Shown: positions 17,892 to 26,509 of the stretch, in pieces
Position numbering within the stretch: position 1 is the stretch's first letter
How the letters are laid out: the number at the start of each line of letters is the position of its first letter
DNA from: Spirochaetia bacterium
Lineage (GTDB): Bacteria; Spirochaetota; Spirochaetia; SZUA-6; Bin103
NCBI GenBank assembly: GCA_965203515.1
Contig: OZ241907.1
Coordinates: forward strand, 736,001-800,000
DNA length: 64,000 nucleotides
Direction of reading: 5' to 3'
Notes under the pieces: generated by a model
Seen by the model: only the letters and a program-made list of their open reading frames with translations
Told to the model about the DNA's origin: nothing
The model's database searches: none
Made by a program: the position numbers and the translations under genes

Positions 17892-19004
17892 TCAGCGGTT
17901 CGCCAGACGGTTCTTGAATTCGCGCGCTATGTCGTCCGGTGACGGCGCGTCGCCGCCGGAGTCCGCGGTCAGCTTGACGAGCACGGCGATGTACAGTTCG
18001 CCCAACGCCATAGTGAGGGCGGTGGCGGTCGTGGCGGCGATGGCGCCGCCGGCAACCGAGCCGACGCCGGGAATCAGCTTCAACAGACTGGAGACGATTG
18101 CGCGTCCCAAAAAGGTAACTCCCACCGTCCCCCCCATCGCCGCGACCAGCGTGGCCAAGAACTCGTAGGAAGGACCAATTCCGAAGACCTTCGAAATTCC
18201 GGCCAGCATGGTGATCTGAATCGGGACCAACGCTACAGCATCGGATGCGGGTATGGGGGTTGCGCCGACTATCCCCGCCGCCGTGGCGGCTGCCGCTACG
18301 ACCTTGTGCGCGGCGTTCTTCTTGAGATCGATACTGACTTTCTGAGCGGCCGCAAATGCCAATTGGGTTGCTTCGGGAATCAGCTTCATCGTCTCTTCCA
18401 CCAGCTCCTGCAACCCCATCTGCTTCATCTCGTGGCCGTCGTCGAAACGCTCGGGCAACGCCCGCACCCGCACGACGTTCTTCGCCCGCGGCAGAAGACG
18501 TTCTACCTCGGCTTTGAACCCCCGATCGTTCTGTGCCTTGGTGATGACGCCGAGTATCGGCATGTGTGCCGCCAACATCTGGTGAAGCTCAATTTCAGCA
18601 TCCTCGACGCGCCGCATACCCTCGGTAAAGCATATCCACGCGATGTGGATGTGCTGGCGGGCATCCTCATTGTCCTTCTGTTGGCGTACAAACTCCTCCA
18701 ACTCTTCGAGGGGCTTCCGATCTTCCTCCAATTCCAGCCCTCTGGTATCGTATATCGCCAGCGGGATGCCCTTCTTGGTGTACTTGCGAGTCTCCTTCGT
18801 GACCGGCTTCCCTTGTCCCGTCTCGGCAAGCTGACCATGAAAGATTTCGTTTATCAACGTGCTCTTGCCGACGCCGGTTTTGCCGGCGATGAGGACGTTG
18901 ACTATCCCGATCTTACGGGTTGCTTTGGATATCCCTTCACGGATATTGCCCCAAATACTCTCTGAATCCTCGAATTGGTCGAGCAGGTCAGCTATAGGTT
19001 TCAT
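17892..19004 (-). CDS. Era-like (MMR_HSR1) GTPase with C-terminal DUF697/YcjF-like hydrophobic domain
   Basis: GKTGVGKS (G1), DTRG (G3), ITKA (G4-like), then ATPIPASDAVALVPIQITML and Gly/Ala-rich helices. Confidence 0.82.
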   Translation of the reverse strand: MKPIADLLDQFEDSESIWGNIREGISKATRKIGIVNVLIAGKTGVGKSTLINEIFHGQLAETGQGKPVTKETRKYTKKGIPLAIYDTRGLELEEDRKPLEELEEFVRQQKDNEDARQHIHIAWICFTEGMRRVEDAEIELHQMLAAHMPILGVITKAQNDRGFKAEVERLLPRAKNVVRVRALPERFDDGHEMKQMGLQELVEETMKLIPEATQLAFAAAQKVSIDLKKNAAHKVVAAAATAAGIVGATPIPASDAVALVPIQITMLAGISKVFGIGPSYEFLATLVAAMGGTVGVTFLGRAIVSSLLKLIPGVGSVAGGAIAATTATALTMALGELYIAVLVKLTADSGGDAPSPDDIAREFKNRLANR

Positions 19005-19207
19005 TGGTTCTTCGTTCCTCCAATTGGGGCTTCCGGGTTTCGTGGATGGTGGAGTCGGGCGGCAGATGAGTGGCTCTCGCCGATCACCAGCAGCCGCTTG
19101 TGGCGCTCGTCCCGATACCGGCTGCCGATCCAGGGCCGCATGCAGGGGAACCGCCGCAGATGATCCGGCAGCGGTATGGTCGTTACGCGGTGCTCGTTGG
19201 AGTTCAT
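19001..19207 (-). pseudogene. Truncated, frameshifted 5' fragment of the UDG-like gene
   Basis: MNSNEHRVTTIPLPDHLRRFPCMRPWIGSRYRDERHKRLLVIGESH, then a +1 insertion. Contains repeat copy A (19042..19175). Confidence 0.85.
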
Positions 19208-19289
19208 GCCGGCGCGCCCAGGATACCAGCGGTGAGCATCTCCCGTCAAGCGCATTCCGCGCGGCGCGGATTGTGCGATACTGAATCCG

Positions 19290-20879
19290 ATGCGGTTCTT
19301 CAACACCGCCGGTCCGATGCGGCCGGAGGACAACTACTGCATTCCGCCGTTGAGCCGGATGAATCAGCGCGAACTGCTCACCCTCATTCGGCAGAAGCGC
19401 TACTTCGTGCTGCATGCGCCGCGCCAGACCGGCAAGACCTCGGCCCTGCTGGCGCTGCGCGACCTGCTGAACGGCGGGGCCGAAGGCGCCTGGCGCTGCG
19501 TCTACGCCAACGTCGAAGCGGGCCAGGCGTCGCGCGAGAACGTGGAGCGGGCGATGCGCGCCATACTCGGCGAACTGGCGCGCCGGGCGCGTACCGCCCT
19601 CGGCGACGAATCGCTGGCCGGCATCTGGCCGGGCGTGCTGGACACCTTCGGTCCCGACGGGGCGCTGCAGGAGCTGCTGGCCCGCTGGGCCGAGTCCGAC
19701 GCCAGGCCGCTGGTGCTGCTGATCGACGAAATCGACGCGCTGGTCGGCGATACGTTGCTGTCGGTCCTGCGCCAGCTTCGCGCCGGCTACGACGAACGGC
19801 CGGACGGGTTCCCGCAGAGCGTGATCCTGTGCGGGGTCCGCGACGTGCGCGACTACCGCATCCGCTCCACCAGGGAGAACGCCGTCGTCACCGGCGGCAG
19901 CGCCTTCAACATCAAGGCCGAGTCGCTGCGGCTGGGCGACTTCTCGGCAACCGAAGTGCGCGCGTTGCTCGCCCAGCACACCGCGGAGACCGGCCAACCA
20001 TGGACCGACGACGCCCTGGAGACGGTCTGCGAGCTGACCGCCGGCCAGCCGTGGCTGGTGAACGCCCTGGCCTACCAGGCGTGCGACCGAGACGCCGCCG
20101 GCCGCGACCGCAGCCGCCCGCTCACCGCGGACGCCATCCACGCCGCGCGCGAGCAACTCATCCTGCGCCGCGACACTCACCTGGACCAGCTTGCCGACAA
20201 GCTCCGGGAGGAGCGCGTGCACCGGGTGATCGCCCCGCTGCTGAGCGGCCAGGCGAGCACCGAGATGCGGCCCGACGACCTGCAGTACGTGCGCGACCTG
20301 GGCCTGGCGGCGCGGGACGCGCCGGTCCGCATCGCCAACCCGATCTACCGCGAGGTGATCCCGCGCGATCTCACCTGGGTCACGCAGGAAACGCTGACGC
20401 ACGACCCGGCGTGGTACGTGGACGCGGCAGGCAACCTGCGGCTGGCCGAGCTGCTGGCCGCGTTTCAGGGGTTCTTTCGCGAACACTCCGAGCACTGGAT
20501 CGAACGATTTCAGTACCGGGAAGCCGGCCCGCAGTTATTGCTGCAGGCGTTCCTGCAGCGCATCGTCAACAGTGGCGGGCGGATCGAACGCGAGTACGGC
20601 CTGGGCCGGATGCGCACCGACCTGCTGATCGTCTGGCCGGCCGCGGCGCCGCCCGGCCGCACCCGCCGGATGGTGATCGAGTGCAAGCTGCTGCACCGCA
20701 GCCTGGACCGGACCATTCGCGACGGGCTCGCCCAGACCCGCGCCTACCTGGAGCGCTACGGCGCCGGCGAGGGGCACCTCGTGATCTTCGACCGCAGCGC
20801 GGACAAGCCGTGGGAGCGGAAGCTGTTCCGCCGCGAAGCGGTCGACGGCGGCACGCCGATCACGGTGTGGGGGATGTAG
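19290..20879 (+). CDS. AAA-like ATPase with C-terminal PD-(D/E)XK-like domain, copy 2
   Basis: 529 aa; about 51 aa differences from copy 1 by manual alignment. Confidence 0.85.
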   Translation: MRFFNTAGPMRPEDNYCIPPLSRMNQRELLTLIRQKRYFVLHAPRQTGKTSALLALRDLLNGGAEGAWRCVYANVEAGQASRENVERAMRAILGELARRARTALGDESLAGIWPGVLDTFGPDGALQELLARWAESDARPLVLLIDEIDALVGDTLLSVLRQLRAGYDERPDGFPQSVILCGVRDVRDYRIRSTRENAVVTGGSAFNIKAESLRLGDFSATEVRALLAQHTAETGQPWTDDALETVCELTAGQPWLVNALAYQACDRDAAGRDRSRPLTADAIHAAREQLILRRDTHLDQLADKLREERVHRVIAPLLSGQASTEMRPDDLQYVRDLGLAARDAPVRIANPIYREVIPRDLTWVTQETLTHDPAWYVDAAGNLRLAELLAAFQGFFREHSEHWIERFQYREAGPQLLLQAFLQRIVNSGGRIEREYGLGRMRTDLLIVWPAAAPPGRTRRMVIECKLLHRSLDRTIRDGLAQTRAYLERYGAGEGHLVIFDRSADKPWERKLFRREAVDGGTPITVWGM

Positions 20880-20950
20880 CGGAGATCACCCGGCCAGCGG
20901 ATACCGTCCTCGGTGTGCGTCGCCACTGCGCCATTTCGGCCCCCGCCGGG

Positions 20951-21916
20951 TCACGTCCGGCGCGCGGTGTCGTCTGATACCCGGTCGAGGAGCTCGGCTC
21001 CGGTCTCGCACTCGATGATCAGGACGCCGGCCTGCGCCAAGCGGTCAGCATCGGCGGTCCGCTCCAGCAGCACTGCCAGCCGTTGCGCCGTGTCGTCGTC
21101 GAACTTCCGCGCCGCTATCCGGCACAGCAGCGCGCGTTCCTCCGCCAGCCCGCGCTCGTACCCGCGGCGCCGTTGCGACCGCAGCAGCGGATCGTGATCC
21201 GGTCCGGTGCCCTCCCGCTCGCCGAGCACCGTCCCCACCCGTTCCAGCACCGCGCTGGTCCGCGCTGACAGCTCCGGTTCGTTCAACGCCGCGTGAATCT
21301 CCTCCGCCATCCACCCCGGAAACGCCCGGCTCTCCGCCGCCGCCCGGTACGCGCCGTCCTCCAGCACGTGGATCGTCAATCCCGGACGCCGGCTCCGCGG
21401 GCGGCTCGGCGCGCTCTCGTCCGGCACCTCCACCCATACCTCCGGGAACCCCCACGACTCGTACAGCGCCAGCTTGCCGCGCCGCACGTCGGTGGTGTGG
21501 TCGACCTCCAGCACCACGTCCGGATAGTCGTCCACGCCGATCACCATCGCCGACGGTCCCGGCAGCCGGGCGCTGCCGGGATGCAGGTAGACCGACTCGT
21601 CGGCCTGCATGATGCTGCGCGGCTCGTCGTGCTGCCGCAGGTCCATCGAGCCGTAGCTTTCGATGGGAGCGCCGCGCACCTGGGCGATCCGTTCGGTGAG
21701 CCGGGTCAGGCGGCCGGACGGCCGTTCGTGGTAGGGGCTGGCCGGCTCGCAGATCCAGGCGGTCTCGGTAGCGCCGTCCCAGTACTCCAACCGCTGGTCG
21801 CTGCGTTCGATCTCGTCTGCCGGCAGATGGACCGGCGTGCAGCCGGGGAACTCCGGCGTCGGCGGCGCGGCATCGGTGTCGGGGCGCGGCCCGACGGCGG
21901 TCTTGGCGATAGCCAT
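20951..21916 (-). CDS. Uma2-family (PD-(D/E)XK-like) putative endonuclease
   Basis: HE...MQADESVY...PDVVLEVDHT...KLALYESWGFPEVW. Confidence 0.78.
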   Translation of the reverse strand: MAIAKTAVGPRPDTDAAPPTPEFPGCTPVHLPADEIERSDQRLEYWDGATETAWICEPASPYHERPSGRLTRLTERIAQVRGAPIESYGSMDLRQHDEPRSIMQADESVYLHPGSARLPGPSAMVIGVDDYPDVVLEVDHTTDVRRGKLALYESWGFPEVWVEVPDESAPSRPRSRRPGLTIHVLEDGAYRAAAESRAFPGWMAEEIHAALNEPELSARTSAVLERVGTVLGEREGTGPDHDPLLRSQRRRGYERGLAEERALLCRIAARKFDDDTAQRLAVLLERTADADRLAQAGVLIIECETGAELLDRVSDDTARRT

Positions 21917-22081
21917 GGCGCTACGGTACGCGGGCCGCGCCGGTCGCGCAACCGCGCACTCACGTGACCGGGATTGACGAAGATACCCGTCAAGGCAGGG
22001 AGTGACCGCCATGGCCGCCACCGGCGCCCGGCGCGCACCACATATCATCGGCGGCAGGCGTCCGGCGGCTCCCGCCGGCAC

Positions 22082-22110
22082 TTGACACCGTTCTGCATCT
22101 ATGTCAGGAT
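22082..22110 (+). promoter_or_regulatory. Possible sigma70 promoter
   Basis: TTGACA-N17-CAGGAT upstream of the AAGGAGG RBS of 22138..22776. Confidence 0.45.
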
Positions 22111-22137
22111 GGATGCATGATACCGAAGGAGGATAGT

Positions 22138-22776
22138 GTGTCAGAATCTGCAGGATGGGACGCTTACTTCGCACGCGTACGGACCCTCAAATGGGACGAG
22201 GTAGAGTCGGAAGAGCTGGAATATAAGCGCGACACTGAACGGTATTTGCGATCAGTGACCAACGAGGTGCTGTCCAGCAACGAAAACTGGGTCAGAGCAG
22301 CTAAAGGAGACTGCCGTAAGAATCTGAATAATCTCTGCTATTGGGAAGCAGTCGATGCTCTGTCCAAATGGTATGAGAAAGATCCGGAGCAGGCGTCGGC
22401 AGCGCTACGGGAACTTTGGGCCCCGGACGATGACGGGTTGCCGCGGAGGGATCAGGTAATCGCACGGGTTCGCACCTTCGCTCAGCGAGTCCCGGCTGAC
22501 TTTGGGGTGAGCGGATCGGGAGTGCGTATGCGACTGATTGCCGGCTTGCTGATGAGGATTTCAGCCGAGTGTTACCCGCCTTTCATGGCGACTTTGTTTC
22601 GGGACGCATATAAGCATGTAGGTTACCCCTATCCGTCGAAAGATGCAGACGAGGCGACTCTGTATGAGCATGCGTTGGAGTTTCTCGACCGATTGGTCAA
22701 AGAGGCGAAGGCGCGAGGCTTGACCCGGCCGCGCAACCTCCTCGAAGCGCAGTCGGTAGTCTACATGCTCCGGTAG
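22138..22776 (+). CDS. Hypothetical protein resembling N-terminal domains of some McrB-like proteins
   Basis: Strong AAGGAGG RBS, lower GC, YPPF...AY..VGY...LYEHALEFLDRL..EA..RG...LEAQS pattern. No ATPase domain. Confidence 0.55.
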   Translation: MSESAGWDAYFARVRTLKWDEVESEELEYKRDTERYLRSVTNEVLSSNENWVRAAKGDCRKNLNNLCYWEAVDALSKWYEKDPEQASAALRELWAPDDDGLPRRDQVIARVRTFAQRVPADFGVSGSGVRMRLIAGLLMRISAECYPPFMATLFRDAYKHVGYPYPSKDADEATLYEHALEFLDRLVKEAKARGLTRPRNLLEAQSVVYMLR

Positions 22777-23348
22777 GTCAGCCCGGGCGCGGCACTTGCG
22801 CGGCGCTTGGCGGTGCGTCAAGGTAGGGGCCGCAAAGGAGCTAACTACGATGAAACGATGGGCGATGATGCCGGTGCTGTGGTGCTTTGGTGCTTGCTGC
22901 CTGCAGCACGGCGACGACGGTGAGCGGTTCGATCGGCTACCAGCTACGATCCTCCTCGGTCGGAACCGGTGTAGGCGAGTCCAAGGCTGGCCAAGGGCTG
23001 GAGTGGGCATTTGGGCCGCAGTTCGTGATCGAGAACGACCGAGGGCAGATGCGCTTGGGTGTTTGCGGGAGCGGCTACTTGTATCCGCAGCCGCCTACGG
23101 CTGAGGTGGTCCTGGTTGGTTGGACAGGTTGAGGGGCAGAATAAGGTGTACTCGGGTGGTTGCGCTACCCCCTCGGTCGCTTCGCTTGCGAATGCGGCGG
23201 TAAGGCCGGGGTGCCGGGCGACGACCTCGATCCTGGGATGGCGGTCGCCACTCACACCCGCTCGCCTCGTAGACCGGCATCAGCGCGGTCATCCGCCGCC
23301 TGTCTTGAATCAGCGGCCCTCCTGTCTGGTGACTTCGTCGGTCCATCG

Positions 23349-24230
23349 CTACGCCGCCTGCTCGCTGGCCGCCCGCGTGCCGTCGTAGCACTGCGCCGGC
23401 GTGCGCCCGCCGAGCGCCGAGTGCGGCCGCTGCTCGTTGTAGAACGCCATCCACTGCCCGATCACCCGCCGCGCCGCCCTGCCGTCGGCCAACTCGTGCA
23501 GGTAGACCGCCTCGTACTTCAACGACCGCCACAGCCGCTCGATGAACACGTTGTCCATGCATCGGCGGCGGCCATCCATCGAGCACCGGATGCCGGCCGC
23601 CCGCAGCCGCTCGGTGAACGCCCGGCTCGTGAACTGCCTGCCCTGATCGGTGTTGAAGACCTGCGGCCGTCCGTACCGCCGCAGCGCCTCGTCGAGCGCC
23701 GCGAGGCAGAACGCGGTGTCCAGCGTGTTGCTCAGCCGCCACGCCAGCACCCGCCGGCTCGCCCAGTCCATGACTGCCACCAGGTACAGATATCCTTCCT
23801 GCACCGGGATGTAGGTGATGTCGGCGCACCACACGTGGTTCGCCCGCTCGATGCTCAGGCCGCGCAGCAGATACGGGTACACGCAGTGTTCGGGATGCGC
23901 CGTGCTGGTGCGCGGCTTGCGGTAGATCGCCTCCAGGCCGAGCAGATGCATCAGCCGGCGGACCCGGTGGCGGCCGACCGTCACTTCCTCCTGTTCGAGA
24001 TGGCGCGCCATCTGGCGGCTGCCGTAGAACGGGTAGCACAGGTACAACTGGTCGATGCGGCGCATCAGCGCCAAGGTCTCGGCGCTGTGGCCCTGCGGCG
24101 CGTAGTACAGCGTCGAGCGACTCATCGCCAGCAGCCGGCACTGCCGGCTGACGCTCAGGTGTTGGTGGGCTCGATCGACCATCGTGCGCCGTTGGTCGCG
24201 GCTCAACGAGCGAGCCCGCGCGCTAAAAAA
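23349..24230 (-). CDS. IS3 transposase OrfB (DDE domain), probably expressed by -1 frameshift
   Basis: WCADITY, FNTDQGRQF, DNVFIERLWRSLKYE. TTTTTTA slippery site at 24224-24230. Confidence 0.93.
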   Translation of the reverse strand, partial: FFSARARSLSRDQRRTMVDRAHQHLSVSRQCRLLAMSRSTLYYAPQGHSAETLALMRRIDQLYLCYPFYGSRQMARHLEQEEVTVGRHRVRRLMHLLGLEAIYRKPRTSTAHPEHCVYPYLLRGLSIERANHVWCADITYIPVQEGYLYLVAVMDWASRRVLAWRLSNTLDTAFCLAALDEALRRYGRPQVFNTDQGRQFTSRAFTERLRAAGIRCSMDGRRRCMDNVFIERLWRSLKYEAVYLHELADGRAARRVIGQWMAFYNEQRPHSALGGRTPAQCYDGTRAASEQAA

Positions 24231-24487
24231 TCGCGCTCCACGGTCAACTCGCCGATCTTGGCGTGCAGGTCGTGGATGATCGCTTCGTGATCGTCCTGCC
24301 GGCGCTTGGCGCCGGTGGCGAACAGGTCGTGCAAGCCGTCGACGGCTTGCCGCTTCCAGTCGCTGACTTGGTTGGGATGCACCGCGTGATCGGCGGCGAT
24401 CGCCTGAATCGTGCGGTCGCCGCTGAGCGCTTCGAGCGCCACGCGCGCTTTGAACTCGGCGGTGAATCGCCGCCGTTTCCTGGCCAT
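24203..24487 (-). CDS. IS3 transposase OrfA (HTH)
   Basis: MARKRRRFTAEFKARVALEAL...VHPNQVSDWK. GAGGAGG RBS. Confidence 0.93.
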   Translation of the reverse strand: MARKRRRFTAEFKARVALEALSGDRTIQAIAADHAVHPNQVSDWKRQAVDGLHDLFATGAKRRQDDHEAIIHDLHAKIGELTVERDFLARGLAR

Positions 24488-24740
24488 CTGGTCGGCCCTC
24501 CTCAAGGCCTGGAGTACACCTTAGCAACCTGTCCAGTTTTCTAGGACCACCTCAGGCGGATGGGGTGTCGTTTTCAGCATCAGGGGAAACCGCGACCGCG
24601 ACCCGACACGTGTTCTCCGGTGGCTACTGCTTCAAGGCGGACGTGGATCTGGAGCTGCCGGCCCCGTAGGAGCGGGATGAAACGACTGCCGCCGCTGCTG
24701 GCGGCGGCGGCAGTGCTGCGCGCGGAGATAGACCGGTACT

Positions 24741-25844
24741 TCAGCGCGCCAGCCAGGCGCTGAAGCGCTCGTTCATCTCGTCGCCGTGGTCGCTCCACCA
24801 CTCCCAGTCGTTGTGCAGCGCGCGGCGCATGTTGGCGGGCGCGGTCGGCATGTGCGGCGCCATCTCCACCCCGGTCTCCAGATGGGTGGAGATCAGCGCC
24901 GTGCCGGACTGGCGCACCGGACTGTAGGAGATGTAGCGGCCCACCGCCGCCATCGACTCGGCTCGGCCGGCGAAGGCGATGAACCGGCGCGCCGCCTCCA
25001 GGTTGGGCGTGCCGGCGACGATGACCAGTTGCGTGTTGTCGAACACCTGTCCGTCCCACACGATCACGAACGGCTGGTTCTCCCGCACCTGAGCGTTGAA
25101 GATGCGGCCGTTGTAGGTAGTGCTCATGACCACCTCGCCGTCGGCCAGCATCTGCGGCGGCTGCGCTCCCGCCTGCCACCACACGATCTGCTCCTTGATC
25201 GTGTCGAGCACGCGGAACGCCCGATCCACGCCGTCCGGCGTGCTGAGCGTGGCGTATACCTGATCTATCGGCACGCCGTCGGCCATCAAGGCGAACTCCA
25301 GGTTGTCCTCCGGCGTGCGGCGCATGCCGCGGCGGCCGGGAAACCGCTCCAGGTCGAAGAAGTCGTCGATCGTCGTCGGCCGTTCGTCCGGGAAGCGTTC
25401 CGGATGGTAGGCGTACACCGTGGAGAAGAAGATCGTGCCCATGCCGCAGTCGGTGAGGGTGCCGGGGAAGAAGTCGCCCTCGGCGGGCGTGCCGTCCGGT
25501 CCCGGCGGCAGGTCCTCGACCGCGATGAACTCCAGCAGCCCCTCGTCGCAGCCGCGCACGGCGTCGGCGACGTTCAGGTCGACGATGTCCCAATGCACGT
25601 TGCCGGTCTCCACCTGCGCGCGTATCTGGGCGAGGCCGCCGTTGTAGTCCTCCAGCCGCACCTCGATCCCGGTCTCCGCCGTGAACGGCTCGTGATACGC
25701 CTTCTGGCTGGCCAGGGCGTAGGAGCCGCCAAAGGAAACCACGGTCAGCGGCCCGTCGGCCGCGGCCGGCATGCAGAGCAGCGCGGCCAGCAGCGCCGCC
25801 GCGCCGGCGGCCCGGAGCGTCCGGCCCGTTCGTCCCATCATCAT
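24741..25844 (-). CDS. ABC transporter substrate-binding protein (PotD/PotF-like)
   Basis: Signal peptide, LTVVSFGG, DFFDLERFPGRRG, QPPQMLADGEV. GGAGAGG RBS. Confidence 0.88.
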   Translation of the reverse strand: MMMGRTGRTLRAAGAAALLAALLCMPAAADGPLTVVSFGGSYALASQKAYHEPFTAETGIEVRLEDYNGGLAQIRAQVETGNVHWDIVDLNVADAVRGCDEGLLEFIAVEDLPPGPDGTPAEGDFFPGTLTDCGMGTIFFSTVYAYHPERFPDERPTTIDDFFDLERFPGRRGMRRTPEDNLEFALMADGVPIDQVYATLSTPDGVDRAFRVLDTIKEQIVWWQAGAQPPQMLADGEVVMSTTYNGRIFNAQVRENQPFVIVWDGQVFDNTQLVIVAGTPNLEAARRFIAFAGRAESMAAVGRYISYSPVRQSGTALISTHLETGVEMAPHMPTAPANMRRALHNDWEWWSDHGDEMNERFSAWLAR

Positions 25845-25876
25845 GTGTACCTCTCCGGTGGATGATACACCGTTCG

Positions 25877-26506
25877 CTACGGTCGCGCCGCCGTCGCCGT
25901 CGCGCCGCCGCGCAGGATGAAGATGACCTGCGTGCTGCGCATGTTGGCGGCCGCGCTGCGGATGCGGCGGCCGTTCTTGATGTCGATGATCGACGTCACC
26001 CGCACGCCGTGCGCCCGGCAGTAGTCCAGGAAGTCGCGGCGCGTGCACATGTGGATGTTCGGAGTGTCGTGCCACTGGAACGGCAACTGGCGCGTCACCG
26101 GCATCCGGCCGCGCAGCAGCAGCGCCAGACGGATGCCCAGATAGCCGAAGTTCGGGAACGACACGATCACCTGCCGGCCCACGCGCAGCATCTCGGCCAG
26201 CAGCTCCACCGGCCGCTCGATCACCTGCAACGTCTGGTTCAGCACCACGTAGTCGTAGCTGCCGCTGGCGTGGTCGCGCAGCCCCTCGTTCAGGTTGCCC
26301 TGGAACACCGTGATGCCGCGCGCCAGGCAGCGCACGATCATTTCCTCTTCGATGTCCACGCCCAGACCGTGCACGGCCTTGGCTACCCGCAGGCGATGCA
26401 GCAACTCGCCGTTGCCGCAGCCCAGGTCGAGCACCGAGCTGCCGGGCTCGACCAGGTCGACGATCAGGTCGTAGTCCAGGTGCTGTCGGCGTTCGCTCGG
26501 CGCCAT
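25877..26506 (-). CDS. metW: Methionine biosynthesis protein MetW
   Basis: VLDLGCGNG, YDYVVLNQTLQ, IVSFPNFG, WHDTPNIH. Directly downstream of metX. Confidence 0.93.
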   Translation of the reverse strand: MAPSERRQHLDYDLIVDLVEPGSSVLDLGCGNGELLHRLRVAKAVHGLGVDIEEEMIVRCLARGITVFQGNLNEGLRDHASGSYDYVVLNQTLQVIERPVELLAEMLRVGRQVIVSFPNFGYLGIRLALLLRGRMPVTRQLPFQWHDTPNIHMCTRRDFLDYCRAHGVRVTSIIDIKNGRRIRSAAANMRSTQVIFILRGGATATAARP

Positions 26507-26509
26507 CGG

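Larger units (their letters stand above)
23102..24554 (-). mobile_element. IS3-family insertion sequence, 1453 bp
   Basis: TG...CA ends with imperfect IRs (TGAGGTGGTCCT...TGGACAGGTTG / CAACCTGTCCA...AGGACCACCTCA). 3-bp target duplication GGC at 23099-23101 and 24555-24557. Confidence 0.95.
22850..24669 (+). pseudogene. Small lipoprotein gene, frameshifted in the signal peptide and split by the IS3 element
   Basis: AAAGGAG RBS, MKRWAMM start, LVLAAC lipobox in a shifted frame. After removing the IS and one GGC the frame continues QPPTADGVSF...GGYCFKADVDLELPAP*. Confidence 0.7.

Noticed and set aside
12986..20879. Diversity-generating retroelement template/variable repeat pair
   Set aside because: Differences between the copies are not adenine-specific, the 133-bp pair differs at only two sites, and no RT is present.
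23102..23348. Passenger gene in the IS3 3' tail
   Set aside because: The short frame running into the IR has no recognisable motif; it is more simply the element's non-coding or degenerate tail.
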